From sequence record OL631481.1: a stretch of 64,000 bases of DNA. One strand, written 5' to 3'. The DNA is from Escherichia phage ECML-183-2. Positions 54,292-63,381 of the stretch are shown here, one piece after another. Within the stretch, counting starts at the first letter, position 1; every line of letters begins with the position of its first letter. The position numbers and the translations under genes are program-made. Below the pieces are notes generated by a model. That model worked only from the letters and a program-made list of their open reading frames with translations, was not told the DNA's origin and did no database searches.

Positions 54292-54903
54292 TTATTTAAT
54301 CTGTTTGAAAATTTCGTTTGGAACGGTACCGTTTAAAATACCTTCTACGATCTCTTGTGCAGATGTGTAAGAGAGTCCAAAAGAAGCTACGCCTAAAATT
54401 GCCTCCTTCAAAGGATCTGGCAGGGGTTCAAAATTACCTGCAACAAAGCCACCTGCACAAGCAGCGCCTTCATCATCCCAGAAAACAACTGCTACATCGT
54501 TACCATGCGAAGTTGTGCGATGTGCAATAACTTCAACTTCGGTGCCTTCTTTAGGAACAGAATAAGAACTGTCCCAAGAATATCTTTCCAAGTCAGGAAC
54601 AAAGATAACCTTTTCACCTACTGGCGGCAGTTCACAACGATAATACCAAGAATTTTTTTCGTTCATTGCTTTATTTTCCTCCACGTCTTCAAAAGTAACG
54701 ATCCAATCGTAGCCGTAAGAAAACGGATATTTTAGATCTAAAGAATAAGTTTGACCTAGATCGTCCTCAACAAGAACCATCCTGTCAAAGTTTGCGATGT
54801 TAGGATTATGTTTAATGACAGGGTATGTTTCCCCTACAGTAAATTGTCCTAAATGGTAAAGTTCATCTCTCCAAGTAATTTGGACATAAGTGCATTGAAT
54901 CAT
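54292..54903 (-). CDS. hypothetical protein
   Basis: 203 aa. Confidence 0.5.
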   Translation of the reverse strand: MIQCTYVQITWRDELYHLGQFTVGETYPVIKHNPNIANFDRMVLVEDDLGQTYSLDLKYPFSYGYDWIVTFEDVEENKAMNEKNSWYYRCELPPVGEKVIFVPDLERYSWDSSYSVPKEGTEVEVIAHRTTSHGNDVAVVFWDDEGAACAGGFVAGNFEPLPDPLKEAILGVASFGLSYTSAQEIVEGILNGTVPNEIFKQIK

Positions 54904-54907
54904 AAAA

Positions 54908-55180
54908 TCACCCCCAAGAAATATTTATATATCTTACAATGTTTGCACTGTCTAAAGCCATGTTTGCACCACACCCACGCTCGCGCCAGTAACTAACAAT
55001 ACCTTCACAGATACTCTCTTGTATCTTCTTATCACTTGGCATTTCTAGTATAAGACTTGGGTTGTGGATGTTTATGTTATAATATCCTTCCTCTGCGGCT
55101 TGAGCTACCAATTTACTTACTTTTTCAAAGTACGGGGAATTAGTGGCATCTGCTATTGTTTTTAAGGTTTGTCTATCCAT
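54908..55180 (-). CDS. hypothetical protein
   Basis: 90 aa. Confidence 0.45.
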   Translation of the reverse strand: MDRQTLKTIADATNSPYFEKVSKLVAQAAEEGYYNINIHNPSLILEMPSDKKIQESICEGIVSYWRERGCGANMALDSANIVRYINISWG

Positions 55181-55578
55181 TATTCTGCCTCATCATAGAA
55201 GAAATCCAACTCTTGTTCCAGTTGTTTAACTTGATCCTTAACCCACTGTACACGTTTTTCATTAAACATGCAACGTTTTTCCTTACACTCTTGCTCAAAA
55301 GATTTTGCTGTGTTAAACGGGAAAGTTGTATCTAAACCAGCATTTTCAAAACTGGCTAATTGCATACCATAAACAGAATATGCTAAAGAATGATCGGCTC
55401 GAAATTCATCACTTATATACATACGTAGACCTCGGCATAAGCCAACATCAGCGTAACCACTTTCTCTTGGAAAGAGACGGAGGTGTTCTAACCAATTATT
55501 ATAGAAATCTAAAAGAATCCTCTTACACTTCAAATCGATTGTCATAAAAAGTTTCTCCTTCATCGAACAAGTTGGCAA
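55180..55578 (-). CDS. paralog family member (WL...GLC...PF...R-x-WVK signature)
   Basis: FYNNWLEHL ... GLCRGL ... FPFN ... KRVQWVKDQ. Confidence 0.5.
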   Translation of the reverse strand: MPTCSMKEKLFMTIDLKCKRILLDFYNNWLEHLRLFPRESGYADVGLCRGLRMYISDEFRADHSLAYSVYGMQLASFENAGLDTTFPFNTAKSFEQECKEKRCMFNEKRVQWVKDQVKQLEQELDFFYDEAE

Positions 55579-55945
55579 GATTGTTCACGGCAATCTGGGT
55601 GGAAAGAAGACAACTGTTTGCAGACACATAAGCACGAGCTATTTTGTAAACATAGGCTTTCGTATTACAATTGTCTAGGATCGGAAGACTTTCGTCGATA
55701 GCATCTATAACACTAAACATCACATCTAAAACTTTAATTGTAAGTATTGTATCTATATCTTCGTAACCTTTTTCAATCCGACCTGAATAGAAAGCATAGT
55801 CCTCAACAGTTCGTCGTTTAAACTGGCGCATAAAATCGGAACCATCTGTAGTAGAATTGAACAAATTTTCAAAAAATACCTCCCATCCGGCAAAAAGGGC
55901 TGACAGCATGATTAAGTGATCTACAGATTCATTTTCTTGTTTCAT
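55523..55945 (-). CDS. hypothetical protein
   Basis: 140 aa; start may be an internal Met. Confidence 0.4.
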   Translation of the reverse strand: MKQENESVDHLIMLSALFAGWEVFFENLFNSTTDGSDFMRQFKRRTVEDYAFYSGRIEKGYEDIDTILTIKVLDVMFSVIDAIDESLPILDNCNTKAYVYKIARAYVSANSCLLSTQIAVNNLANLFDEGETFYDNRFEV

Positions 55946-55953
55946 ATCCTCTC

Positions 55954-56631
55954 CTATTTAATGTTCAATCTAGCACACAAGCGAGAAACAGTTTTAGCAT
56001 CCCACTTACCACCACGTGCTGTTGCGATTTTCTTACTATTGAATTTTTCAGCAATAGTTTTGTAAGGTGTATTTAAATCTCTAAGGATCTCCAAGCGTTC
56101 ACGAAATGTCTCTGCAAAAGCGTCTGCTTTAACAGAATTGTATTCCATTTTTCCTTTTCTACGTGCAGCGGCAGTTTTAGGATTAGCACTGCCTAACAAA
56201 ACACCTTTGCTTTTTGCTACAGCAAGACCCTTTTTAATACGATCAGCAATACCTCTAACTTCTTGTTCAGCCAGAACAGACAGAAGCTGTATAACCATTT
56301 TATCTGCGTCTGGCATGATGGCTATCTTAACATCGATCATTTCTAGAAGAGTTGCTACGGAGGCGTTGTTACGACCCAAGCGGTCAACTTTAGCTACCAA
56401 TAAAGTTGCTCCGGTAGCTTTACACATTTCAACCGCTTTAACCAGTTCCTTACGTTGCTTCCAATCGCCCTTACCAGAATAGTATTCAGAAAATTGACCA
56501 ATAACTTCAGCATCAGGCACAGAGTCTAAGAAGTAACGGATATCGTTCTCTTGGCTCTCCATACCATATTGTGCCTCACCTTTTTTCTGTTTAGAAAGAC
56601 GACTGTAAACAACAAACTTTTTCATAACCAC
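55954..56631 (-). CDS. small serine recombinase (resolvase/invertase family)
   Basis: N-terminal VVYSRLS (catalytic Ser context), VAKVDRLGRN, GIADRIKKG; C-terminal HTH-like region. Confidence 0.65.
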   Translation of the reverse strand: MVMKKFVVYSRLSKQKKGEAQYGMESQENDIRYFLDSVPDAEVIGQFSEYYSGKGDWKQRKELVKAVEMCKATGATLLVAKVDRLGRNNASVATLLEMIDVKIAIMPDADKMVIQLLSVLAEQEVRGIADRIKKGLAVAKSKGVLLGSANPKTAAARRKGKMEYNSVKADAFAETFRERLEILRDLNTPYKTIAEKFNSKKIATARGGKWDAKTVSRLCARLNIK

Positions 56632-56695
56632 TCCTAAACCATTGCTGTATTCTCACTTTACAAAACGAATAAACACTTGTCAAGGTATTTATTAT

Positions 56696-56908
56696 TTACA
56701 GCCATTCTACTTTTAAGCAGTATTCTTCGACATGTTGTTTACGCTTGTTTTTGTCTATGTAAGTGTATTCAACAAATGTCCCAAGATAATCCTTGTCCAC
56801 ATTGTGTTGGCTATTAATTGGACATTTAGTACGACAAACCCGTTGCCACTGACGAAGAATTACGGCTTTGTTTTTAGGATCAAAGGGATGAGGGTAATGT
56901 GCCTTCAT
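56696..56908 (-). CDS. hypothetical protein
   Basis: 70 aa. Confidence 0.4.
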   Translation of the reverse strand: MKAHYPHPFDPKNKAVILRQWQRVCRTKCPINSQHNVDKDYLGTFVEYTYIDKNKRKQHVEEYCLKVEWL

Positions 56909-57232
56909 TCACGCCTCCTGTTTTAGTCGAAAAATATTTTGAATAACGAGAGATGTATAGTTATCACTTAGTCCCATAAGTTCTACTTCCAAGTTTCGAA
57001 TATCTTCCACCGTAGGAGGATATGTTGGTAAAAATGCTTGAGCATTGCCAGATCCAACCTCATTGCTGTAAGCAGTTGTAAAATTGTAAGATACAAAACA
57101 TGAAACACCTTTTTGTCGGTACCCGATTAATCGACGAATACACCAGATAAGAGCCAAACCTATGAGAACACCTCCTAAACCAGCTAACAAGAAGGATAAG
57201 TTCATAATAGCTTCGTTAACAACTGCTTGCAT
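56909..57232 (-). CDS. membrane protein
   Basis: 107 aa, N-terminal TM helix. Confidence 0.45.
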   Translation of the reverse strand: MQAVVNEAIMNLSFLLAGLGGVLIGLALIWCIRRLIGYRQKGVSCFVSYNFTTAYSNEVGSGNAQAFLPTYPPTVEDIRNLEVELMGLSDNYTSLVIQNIFRLKQEA

Positions 57233-57242
57233 TCTTTTCTCC

Positions 57243-57542
57243 TTAGTTATGTAAACCCAAATGTGCTACAACTTCTCTACGATAAGATAACTGCATAGCG
57301 ATTTTATAGCCAGGATGAAAACCATTTACATCAATGTCATCAAACCAAACCTCAAACGAACCGTGCTTAAGAGTCATTAAGTTGATATACCATTCGATAA
57401 TATAATGATCGTCAGCAATACCTTCGATGTAAAATTCTCGGCAACAGTGAGATAGGTCTTCACTTGTTTCACGTTTCCAGTCTTTGATAGCACCCTTCTC
57501 TTTGGCTTTATTCAGAATCTTGATCAGGTCTTCAACTTGCAT
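57243..57542 (-). CDS. hypothetical protein
   Basis: 99 aa. Confidence 0.45.
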   Translation of the reverse strand: MQVEDLIKILNKAKEKGAIKDWKRETSEDLSHCCREFYIEGIADDHYIIEWYINLMTLKHGSFEVWFDDIDVNGFHPGYKIAMQLSYRREVVAHLGLHN

Positions 57543-57596
57543 GTTTCTCTCCTTTTGTGGTTAATCTTTATATTTTAAATATTGTACCGTCTTCTG

Positions 57597-58010
57597 TCAA
57601 ATAGCCTCTTTCTCTAAAACAACTCTTTGGATCACAACATCTTCAATGTTTGCCAAACAATGACCCAAAGTCAATCCTGCCTTGAAAGGTGCTTGTAGTT
57701 TGGATTCGGCTTCTACGCGAACAGAATGTTCCGCTCCGCACATGGTGTAATCTACACGGTAAACATTTAAACCTAAGAACATAGATTCTTCTTCTTCACA
57801 ACAAGGATTGAGTTCAGCCCATTCCCAAGCATCTCCTTCTAAAGCAAATGGAGTGTTGTAATTGAAGAAAGTGCAGCGCGGATATTCCCCGTTGAAAGAA
57901 TCTTTCAACAGGATATATTTCTTACCATTTGCATGGAAGAGTTCTCCTTTGATAACCTTACCTACAAGGATATCACTGTTAGTGGAACGGGTGCAAATAA
58001 ATTTTTTCAT
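57597..58010 (-). CDS. hypothetical protein
   Basis: 137 aa. Confidence 0.45.
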   Translation of the reverse strand: MKKFICTRSTNSDILVGKVIKGELFHANGKKYILLKDSFNGEYPRCTFFNYNTPFALEGDAWEWAELNPCCEEEESMFLGLNVYRVDYTMCGAEHSVRVEAESKLQAPFKAGLTLGHCLANIEDVVIQRVVLEKEAI

Positions 58011-58064
58011 GATTTTCTCCTCTCTGTTTCGATGAGATGATTATGACAAAGACAGATCCTTCTG

Positions 58065-58391
58065 TCAACCAATTATTTCTTCTGCTACACGTTCTTTTAC
58101 CCAGTTCACACGATCCACATTCAAATGACAACGGCTTTTTTCCGCTTCTAAGGTGTACTTTCCAAAATTACTGTTGAAAGGCAACACCATAACCAAACCT
58201 TTGAGGTAGAACTGCTCATGCATTTCATCCAGTACAGGTTCGTATCGTTCGCTTTCTCCTATGTCGTAAAAATCATAGAGGTTCGTGCACAAACCTGTGC
58301 AACGGGTGAACGGTTCACCTTCAGGAGCACCAGCTTCCAACCATGCCAAATACGTGCGGTAAAATGTTAATAGTTCTTCGCTCATTTCCAC
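58065..58391 (-). CDS. paralog family member (WL...GLC...PF...R-x-WVK signature)
   Basis: YRTYLAWLEAGAPEGEPF ... GLCTNL ... HLNVDRVNWVKER. Confidence 0.5.
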   Translation of the reverse strand: MEMSEELLTFYRTYLAWLEAGAPEGEPFTRCTGLCTNLYDFYDIGESERYEPVLDEMHEQFYLKGLVMVLPFNSNFGKYTLEAEKSRCHLNVDRVNWVKERVAEEIIG

Positions 58392-58594
58392 TCTCCTTCG
58401 TGATAGTAAACCTCAAAAGAATAGTAAGTGAACATGCTCATTGTAACACCTGCCATTTCTGGATCAAAGGGGGTGTTGTTATACATGTCAACTACTGCCT
58501 GACCCGCTGCTTTGGCATGTGCTGCTGAATCACAGGCACAAACATCTTTCTCCCACGGAAACTTGCCATCATACTTAAGACGGACAATCCACAT
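58382..58594 (-). CDS. hypothetical protein
   Basis: 70 aa. Confidence 0.4.
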   Translation of the reverse strand: MWIVRLKYDGKFPWEKDVCACDSAAHAKAAGQAVVDMYNNTPFDPEMAGVTMSMFTYYSFEVYYHEGEWK

Positions 58595-58596
58595 GC

Positions 58597-58824
58597 TTAT
58601 TCCTCCATCTCAAACCATTCAGGGAACACTTTATGGAAGACACGGGTTGTTTCCAAAAGGAATTCCAATTCTTTTTCCAGATCTGCGTTCCAATCGTGCA
58701 CTTTAACATTGATTGCCAATGCACTTGCACGGCGACTTAATTCTTGACAGATTGGATCACGCAGAACTATTGAGTCGTAAAACTGACAAACAGCTTCAAG
58801 TTCATACCAGTTATAATCCGACAT
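58597..58824 (-). CDS. hypothetical protein
   Basis: 75 aa. Confidence 0.4.
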   Translation of the reverse strand: MSDYNWYELEAVCQFYDSIVLRDPICQELSRRASALAINVKVHDWNADLEKELEFLLETTRVFHKVFPEWFEMEE

Positions 58825-59150
58825 TATTCATCCTCCTCTGCAATACGATCTCTTACCCAATTAATTCTGTCCACGTTCAGGTGACAGGCATCTGCATCTG
58901 ACTCTAAGACATATGCATCGTAGTTCTCATTGAAAGGGAGTTCTTGATTCAACACTTTATGGTAAAACTGTGCGTGCATTTCATCTGACAAGGTTGTTAT
59001 AATGGGGTTGTAATTACCTCTGTGCACATAATCGAACAAGTTGGCACACAAACCACAATCCCGCCGAAAAGGTTTACCATCAGGAGCACCAACATCAATC
59101 CATGCTAGATAAATTTTATAAAACTCCATCAACCTTGCGCTTGTTTTCAT
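58824..59150 (-). CDS. paralog family member (WL...GLC...PF...R-x-WVK signature)
   Basis: YKIYLAWIDVGAPDGKPF ... GLCANL ... HLNVDRINWVRDR. Confidence 0.5.
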   Translation of the reverse strand: MKTSARLMEFYKIYLAWIDVGAPDGKPFRRDCGLCANLFDYVHRGNYNPIITTLSDEMHAQFYHKVLNQELPFNENYDAYVLESDADACHLNVDRINWVRDRIAEEDE

Positions 59151-59388
59151 TTAGCCACCTCGTTAGTTTTTCTTGCTCTTTGTTTGCGCGTTCTAAGCTT
59201 CTGAACTTTAAACAGAGGGAACGAGAATCCCTACCCATGCACAAGCTTTCATCTAAGCTGTGCTCCCCAACCAACCAAAGAGAGTATGTTTGAACATCTA
59301 ACCCATAGTTTCTGTCTTTCCATAATCTCACCCCAAGAACATCAAAAGGAGCTTCCGCGACTAAAGAAAGGAACCGATCTTTATTCAT
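59116..59388 (-). CDS. hypothetical protein
   Basis: 90 aa. Confidence 0.4.
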   Translation of the reverse strand: MNKDRFLSLVAEAPFDVLGVRLWKDRNYGLDVQTYSLWLVGEHSLDESLCMGRDSRSLCLKFRSLERANKEQEKLTRWLNENKRKVDGVL

Positions 59389-59450
59389 ATTACACCACCT
59401 TACTCACGTTGATAATGTATGTATACCATACATAAAATAAATGTCAAGGC

Positions 59451-59651
59451 TTATCGACACAGATAGTTGTAACGATCTGCTTTATCCTCTGCTTCAGCAA
59501 AGTCAGCAATCAAGGAAGTTTTAAGTTCTTCCAACTCTTTCACCCAAGAGTCGTAATCGTTCTGTGTTTCTCCAATAGTTTGGAGAAAACAATCGTCGTA
59601 GCCAATAGACATGGCTAACTCGATAATACGTTCCAGTTTTTCTTCCATCAC
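59451..59651 (-). CDS. hypothetical protein
   Basis: 66 aa. Confidence 0.4.
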   Translation of the reverse strand: MMEEKLERIIELAMSIGYDDCFLQTIGETQNDYDSWVKELEELKTSLIADFAEAEDKADRYNYLCR

Positions 59652-60010
59652 TTCTCTCCTTCTACAGACTTCTGTTTAACATAGAAGTAAGCACCACGAG
59701 CAAGATACAAATCATGTTCAATATCGCTCACAGGAAAACCATTTGGATTTTTAAAACCATCTTCTACAGCCAAAATGAGAGATCGTAAACTGATAGCTAA
59801 CAACTCCATTTGATCTTGTAGTTTTCTATTTTCTGCGTAAAGGTTTTTGCATTTTTGTTCTGCATTTTTCCATTGTTCTAATGCATGATCATAGCGGTGC
59901 ATAAGAATAGCTTTTTCTTGTTCACGCTTAAAAGTTTCTTCACAAATGAAACCTGTGCCTAAACCAGTTTCTTCGTCTTTGACAAACACTTCAACAAAAT
60001 CTTTAGACAT
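59648..60010 (-). CDS. hypothetical protein
   Basis: start moved to internal ATG with AGGAG RBS, which removes overlap with the upstream gene. Confidence 0.45.
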   Translation of the reverse strand: MSKDFVEVFVKDEETGLGTGFICEETFKREQEKAILMHRYDHALEQWKNAEQKCKNLYAENRKLQDQMELLAISLRSLILAVEDGFKNPNGFPVSDIEHDLYLARGAYFYVKQKSVEGEK

Positions 60011-60011
60011 A

Positions 60012-60302
60012 TTATCTCCTATTTGCTTTCGGATACTCCCAACCCTCTGGGAGATCTTCTTTACACATCCACTCAAAAGGCCAGCGACAATAACTGTGCC
60101 ACTTTCCATCGAGATACAAACAATCTTCATCTACTGGTCCACAAGGGTTGATAACTACAACACACCCTTTCGCTCGCCAATATTGAACTATTTCAGGGTA
60201 AAAACAAGAAACGTCGGTCCACTCCCAAATACGTTCATCATTCAGACGGTAGGCTGCTGGTAATGTTTCTTTCATAGTATTAAACCTGAGCCAAGGAGTC
60301 AC
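60012..60302 (-). CDS. hypothetical Cys/Trp-rich protein
   Basis: 96 aa. Confidence 0.45.
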   Translation of the reverse strand: MTPWLRFNTMKETLPAAYRLNDERIWEWTDVSCFYPEIVQYWRAKGCVVVINPCGPVDEDCLYLDGKWHSYCRWPFEWMCKEDLPEGWEYPKANRR

Positions 60303-60516
60303 GCCAATTACGGCTATCTCCTTCTCCTAAATACCAGTAATCCGCAGCATTAAAAACTTGATAAGGAATACGCCACGCATAAGCGAAATCTGGAATCTCC
60401 GGTTTATGACTGTAACCATAACGCTCGCCACTCGAATCTGTTGCAATATAATTAACAAATTCAGGAACCTCTAAAATTTCACCTTGATACTCTACACGCT
60501 TGAAGCCATCTTCCAC
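60280..60516 (-). CDS. hypothetical protein
   Basis: 78 aa. Confidence 0.4.
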   Translation of the reverse strand: MEDGFKRVEYQGEILEVPEFVNYIATDSSGERYGYSHKPEIPDFAYAWRIPYQVFNAADYWYLGEGDSRNWRDSLAQV

Positions 60517-60736
60517 TTGTTCCTCCCCCTTCTACCAGAAGGGCAAGAAGTTTGATGTGAGGGCAAGTGAAATCTTGTCCTGGATAACGTGAACGGATAT
60601 CAGTTAACAATGCGATCACAGCATCCGATAACTCTTTATAATCCTCATATCTTACAAATGTGCCTTCTGTCGGATCATCAGGACACAAACGCCAAACATC
60701 GTTGCAGTTTACAGCATAATGTCGCACTTTAGTCAT
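60479..60736 (-). CDS. hypothetical protein
   Basis: 85 aa. Confidence 0.4.
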   Translation of the reverse strand: MTKVRHYAVNCNDVWRLCPDDPTEGTFVRYEDYKELSDAVIALLTDIRSRYPGQDFTCPHIKLLALLVEGGGTSGRWLQACRVSR

Positions 60737-60745
60737 AAATACCCC

Positions 60746-61144
60746 TTATCGTTGCGTACAATCAGCTTCTAGAGTAAGAACATTCGTTATTGTTTTATCA
60801 TTTTTTAGAAATGCAAACCAAGCCAAAGTGTCTCGATACTCTGTGCGCATCATTACTACTTCAGTAGTGCCAATAAATTGTTGTGAACCGTACATAGCAC
60901 TACCATCTTTACTTTTTTCTCCTGTGTATTGCAGAATGCCACTCATCAAAGCACCGCCTGAATTTTTAAGGATAAAGGAGTTATCTTTATTAATGACAAC
61001 AGAAGCCATTTTCTTAGGACCAGAAATCACTTCACCTTTCAGATTTTTAACAACCACATCTGACACACACTCATAAACTTGAGACGCACTTGCTGTTCCA
61101 AGTGATGCAATGAGTAACAACAAACCTACGATGATCTTTTTCAT
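60746..61144 (-). CDS. secreted protein
   Basis: N-terminal signal peptide MKKIIVGLLLLIASLGTASAS. Confidence 0.5.
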   Translation of the reverse strand: MKKIIVGLLLLIASLGTASASQVYECVSDVVVKNLKGEVISGPKKMASVVINKDNSFILKNSGGALMSGILQYTGEKSKDGSAMYGSQQFIGTTEVVMMRTEYRDTLAWFAFLKNDKTITNVLTLEADCTQR

Positions 61145-61240
61145 ATAAACTCTCCTCTTTGTTTACCCGATGCGCCCCCTGTTGGGCGGAAAGGGTTGTA
61201 CGCAAAATTTTTAGCTCCAATCGTCGGGTGTCCCGACTCC

Positions 61241-61447
61241 TTACGCTTTTAATGTTTTAACAGAATGACAAGCTTTGCAAACAATAACCGGAACAAGTTC
61301 ATCTCCATTATCCGCATAAATCACTGTTTTCTTCATTCTGCCACCACATGAACAATACTCTGTATGATCCGCTGGAATATTAAATATTCCGTAATCACTT
61401 TCATACTGTTTCTTACATATGGACACTGCTTTCGTAAAACAAGACAT
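61241..61447 (-). CDS. small zinc-ribbon protein
   Basis: CSCGG ... CKAC. Confidence 0.4.
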   Translation of the reverse strand: MSCFTKAVSICKKQYESDYGIFNIPADHTEYCSCGGRMKKTVIYADNGDELVPVIVCKACHSVKTLKA

Positions 61448-61449
61448 GC

Positions 61450-61671
61450 CTACTCCGCAAGAACCTTCACTTCGTCAGAGAAGAATACGTAATCACAACC
61501 TTCCCAAACATCTTCTTCAAACCACTCCCATCCCTCGACTTTGGACATTTCTTCTATCGTAACAAAGAATGTTGTCATATCCTCACTAACAAGATGTGCT
61601 TCAACAACAAAAGGAATCTGAACATTCTCAAAACCAACATAACCCAATACATCACAAACTCTAATTTTCAT
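61450..61671 (-). CDS. hypothetical protein
   Basis: 73 aa. Confidence 0.4.
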   Translation of the reverse strand: MKIRVCDVLGYVGFENVQIPFVVEAHLVSEDMTTFFVTIEEMSKVEGWEWFEEDVWEGCDYVFFSDEVKVLAE

Positions 61672-61672
61672 A

Positions 61673-61873
61673 TTATGCTCCTCTGTAGATTATGTTGGTG
61701 CGTTCACACTCTGCTACCAGCAAGCGATTAGCAATGTTATCCATAGGAACATCAATCTCTACACTCCAGGCATTGATACACACTTCTTCAATCTTTGCTC
61801 CCAACGTTTGTGCGATCAGAGCAACAGCCCCAGCATATTCAAGTTTAATCTCAATTACCATTTTGCACCTCAA
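61673..61873 (-). CDS. hypothetical protein
   Basis: 66 aa. Confidence 0.4.
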   Translation of the reverse strand: MRCKMVIEIKLEYAGAVALIAQTLGAKIEEVCINAWSVEIDVPMDNIANRLLVAECERTNIIYRGA

Positions 61874-61875
61874 GG

Positions 61876-62142
61876 TTATTTGTCTTGCTTGTATCTTACA
61901 AGGCGATCACACTCCAGGTCAAGAAATTTCTCCGCATTTCGTTCATGTTTGAGCACAATACATTGTTCTTTCCAGTCTGTAGCTCTTTGCTGCGCTGCTC
62001 CTGGGTCAAAATCCCAAAGCCATGCCGCGAAAAGAACAACTACCCAAAGCCATACCGCGAAAAGAACAACTATAACAATTACTAAGAAACTAAACACTAT
62101 TGGCATTGCACATCCTCCTGTGTAGCATGATCTTTTACCCAT
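61876..62142 (-). CDS. membrane protein
   Basis: 88 aa with hydrophobic stretch IVFSFLVIVIVVLFAVWLWVVVLFAAWLW. Confidence 0.4.
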   Translation of the reverse strand: MGKRSCYTGGCAMPIVFSFLVIVIVVLFAVWLWVVVLFAAWLWDFDPGAAQQRATDWKEQCIVLKHERNAEKFLDLECDRLVRYKQDK

Positions 62143-62411
62143 TTTATACGGGCAGCATTCAAATGCAATAGCCCGTTTCTTTGTGCAAAATCATATTTAA
62201 ACCAGTCTCCGTCATCAAACGGGTATTCTTCAGACAACCCTGCTTCTCGAAATTGCATTTGCATTTCATAATTTAGATCATCGTAACCACCAGTCCAAAG
62301 GTAGAGGCAACTGCACAAACCTTTATCGTGCCAGAAAGGATTATTATCTGGAGCACCAGCTAACAGCCAATTATGATAGGCTTGATAAAATTCTTTAAGT
62401 TCTTCTGACAT
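62097..62411 (-). CDS. paralog family member (WL...GLC...PF...R-x-WVK signature)
   Basis: YQAYHNWLLAGAPDNNPF ... GLCSCL ... HLNAARIKWVKDH. Confidence 0.5.
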   Translation of the reverse strand: MSEELKEFYQAYHNWLLAGAPDNNPFWHDKGLCSCLYLWTGGYDDLNYEMQMQFREAGLSEEYPFDDGDWFKYDFAQRNGLLHLNAARIKWVKDHATQEDVQCQ

Positions 62412-62609
62412 TTAACCCCCTGTGTACAGTGTTGAAAGATACACAGCAAAAGCATTCTCGGCTGTTTTAACCTCCTCTTCAAGATCTTCACGCTCTGTTG
62501 GCGTTAGCGCATTTCGCACAGCAGCGTCTGCTTCTCGGATTTTTCTTACTAAACGTGAAACATCTTTCAGTTGTTGAAAAGTAGCCATAATCTTCCTCCT
62601 TTTAGTCAA
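62412..62609 (-). CDS. hypothetical protein
   Basis: 65 aa. Confidence 0.4.
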   Translation of the reverse strand: MTKRRKIMATFQQLKDVSRLVRKIREADAAVRNALTPTEREDLEEEVKTAENAFAVYLSTLYTGG

Positions 62610-62901
62610 ACCAGTTGTATTCGGAAGGGTAACGAGCGTAGTTTGGCTTGTACCCCAGTCTTTTCATCTTAACAGACATACGAGTGAAGCCAAAGGTTGT
62701 TTTGCCCTTAGACATAAACTTCTTCCCACTCTTCATTGGCTTCTTAGGGTTTTTGATCGTCTGGTGTAACGCTCGCGCAAGCCACAGAGTGTATGCGCTC
62801 GGCACTTGATTAACTTTCATCTTGTTACCTTTCATCGAAACCTCCTTAGTGAACTTCGTGCCAAGTGCCAAACTCTTCTGCTGATACTTTAGGAACGGCA
62901 T
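62602..62901 (-). CDS. hypothetical basic protein
   Basis: 99 aa, Lys-rich. Confidence 0.4.
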   Translation of the reverse strand: MPFLKYQQKSLALGTKFTKEVSMKGNKMKVNQVPSAYTLWLARALHQTIKNPKKPMKSGKKFMSKGKTTFGFTRMSVKMKRLGYKPNYARYPSEYNWFD

Positions 62902-63073
62902 GAGTTTCTCGATATTTGTTTAAAGCTTTCTCAATGGCTGTAGCAAAAACATCTTGTGATTTATAAGGCATATAATAAGAGCGTCCCATGTATGCCACTG
63001 CATCACGTAATTCTTCTGCTTGCTCTTGTGTAACTGTCAATGTGATAGTAACCATTATTTCACCTCCGACCAA
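62846..63073 (-). CDS. hypothetical protein
   Basis: 75 aa. Confidence 0.4.
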   Translation of the reverse strand: MVGGEIMVTITLTVTQEQAEELRDAVAYMGRSYYMPYKSQDVFATAIEKALNKYRETHAVPKVSAEEFGTWHEVH

Positions 63074-63354
63074 TCAATAGTGATCCACTCGTATGCCCCG
63101 TTCAGATCCATTTCTTTATAAACAATAAGCCCACGCTCACGAAGAATTGCTACTGCTTCATCCATCCACTTCACCTGATTGTAGATCGCCCCTGGGTGGG
63201 TAGGGGAATTATCTAGACCAAAATCAGATGGCGTGAAATTTCTTGAAGAGTTTCCCGCTCGTGCTTCAGCAAAACATGTCTCGATCACTTCTTCAACAGG
63301 GAAGTTGAAGGAAGCTTCTTTTGCAATACGGCGTAACTGTTCAGTCAGATTCAT
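63055..63354 (-). CDS. hypothetical protein
   Basis: 99 aa. Confidence 0.45.
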   Translation of the reverse strand: MNLTEQLRRIAKEASFNFPVEEVIETCFAEARAGNSSRNFTPSDFGLDNSPTHPGAIYNQVKWMDEAVAILRERGLIVYKEMDLNGAYEWITIDWSEVK

Positions 63355-63381
63355 CTTATTCTCCTTTCGTTGTGTGAAACA

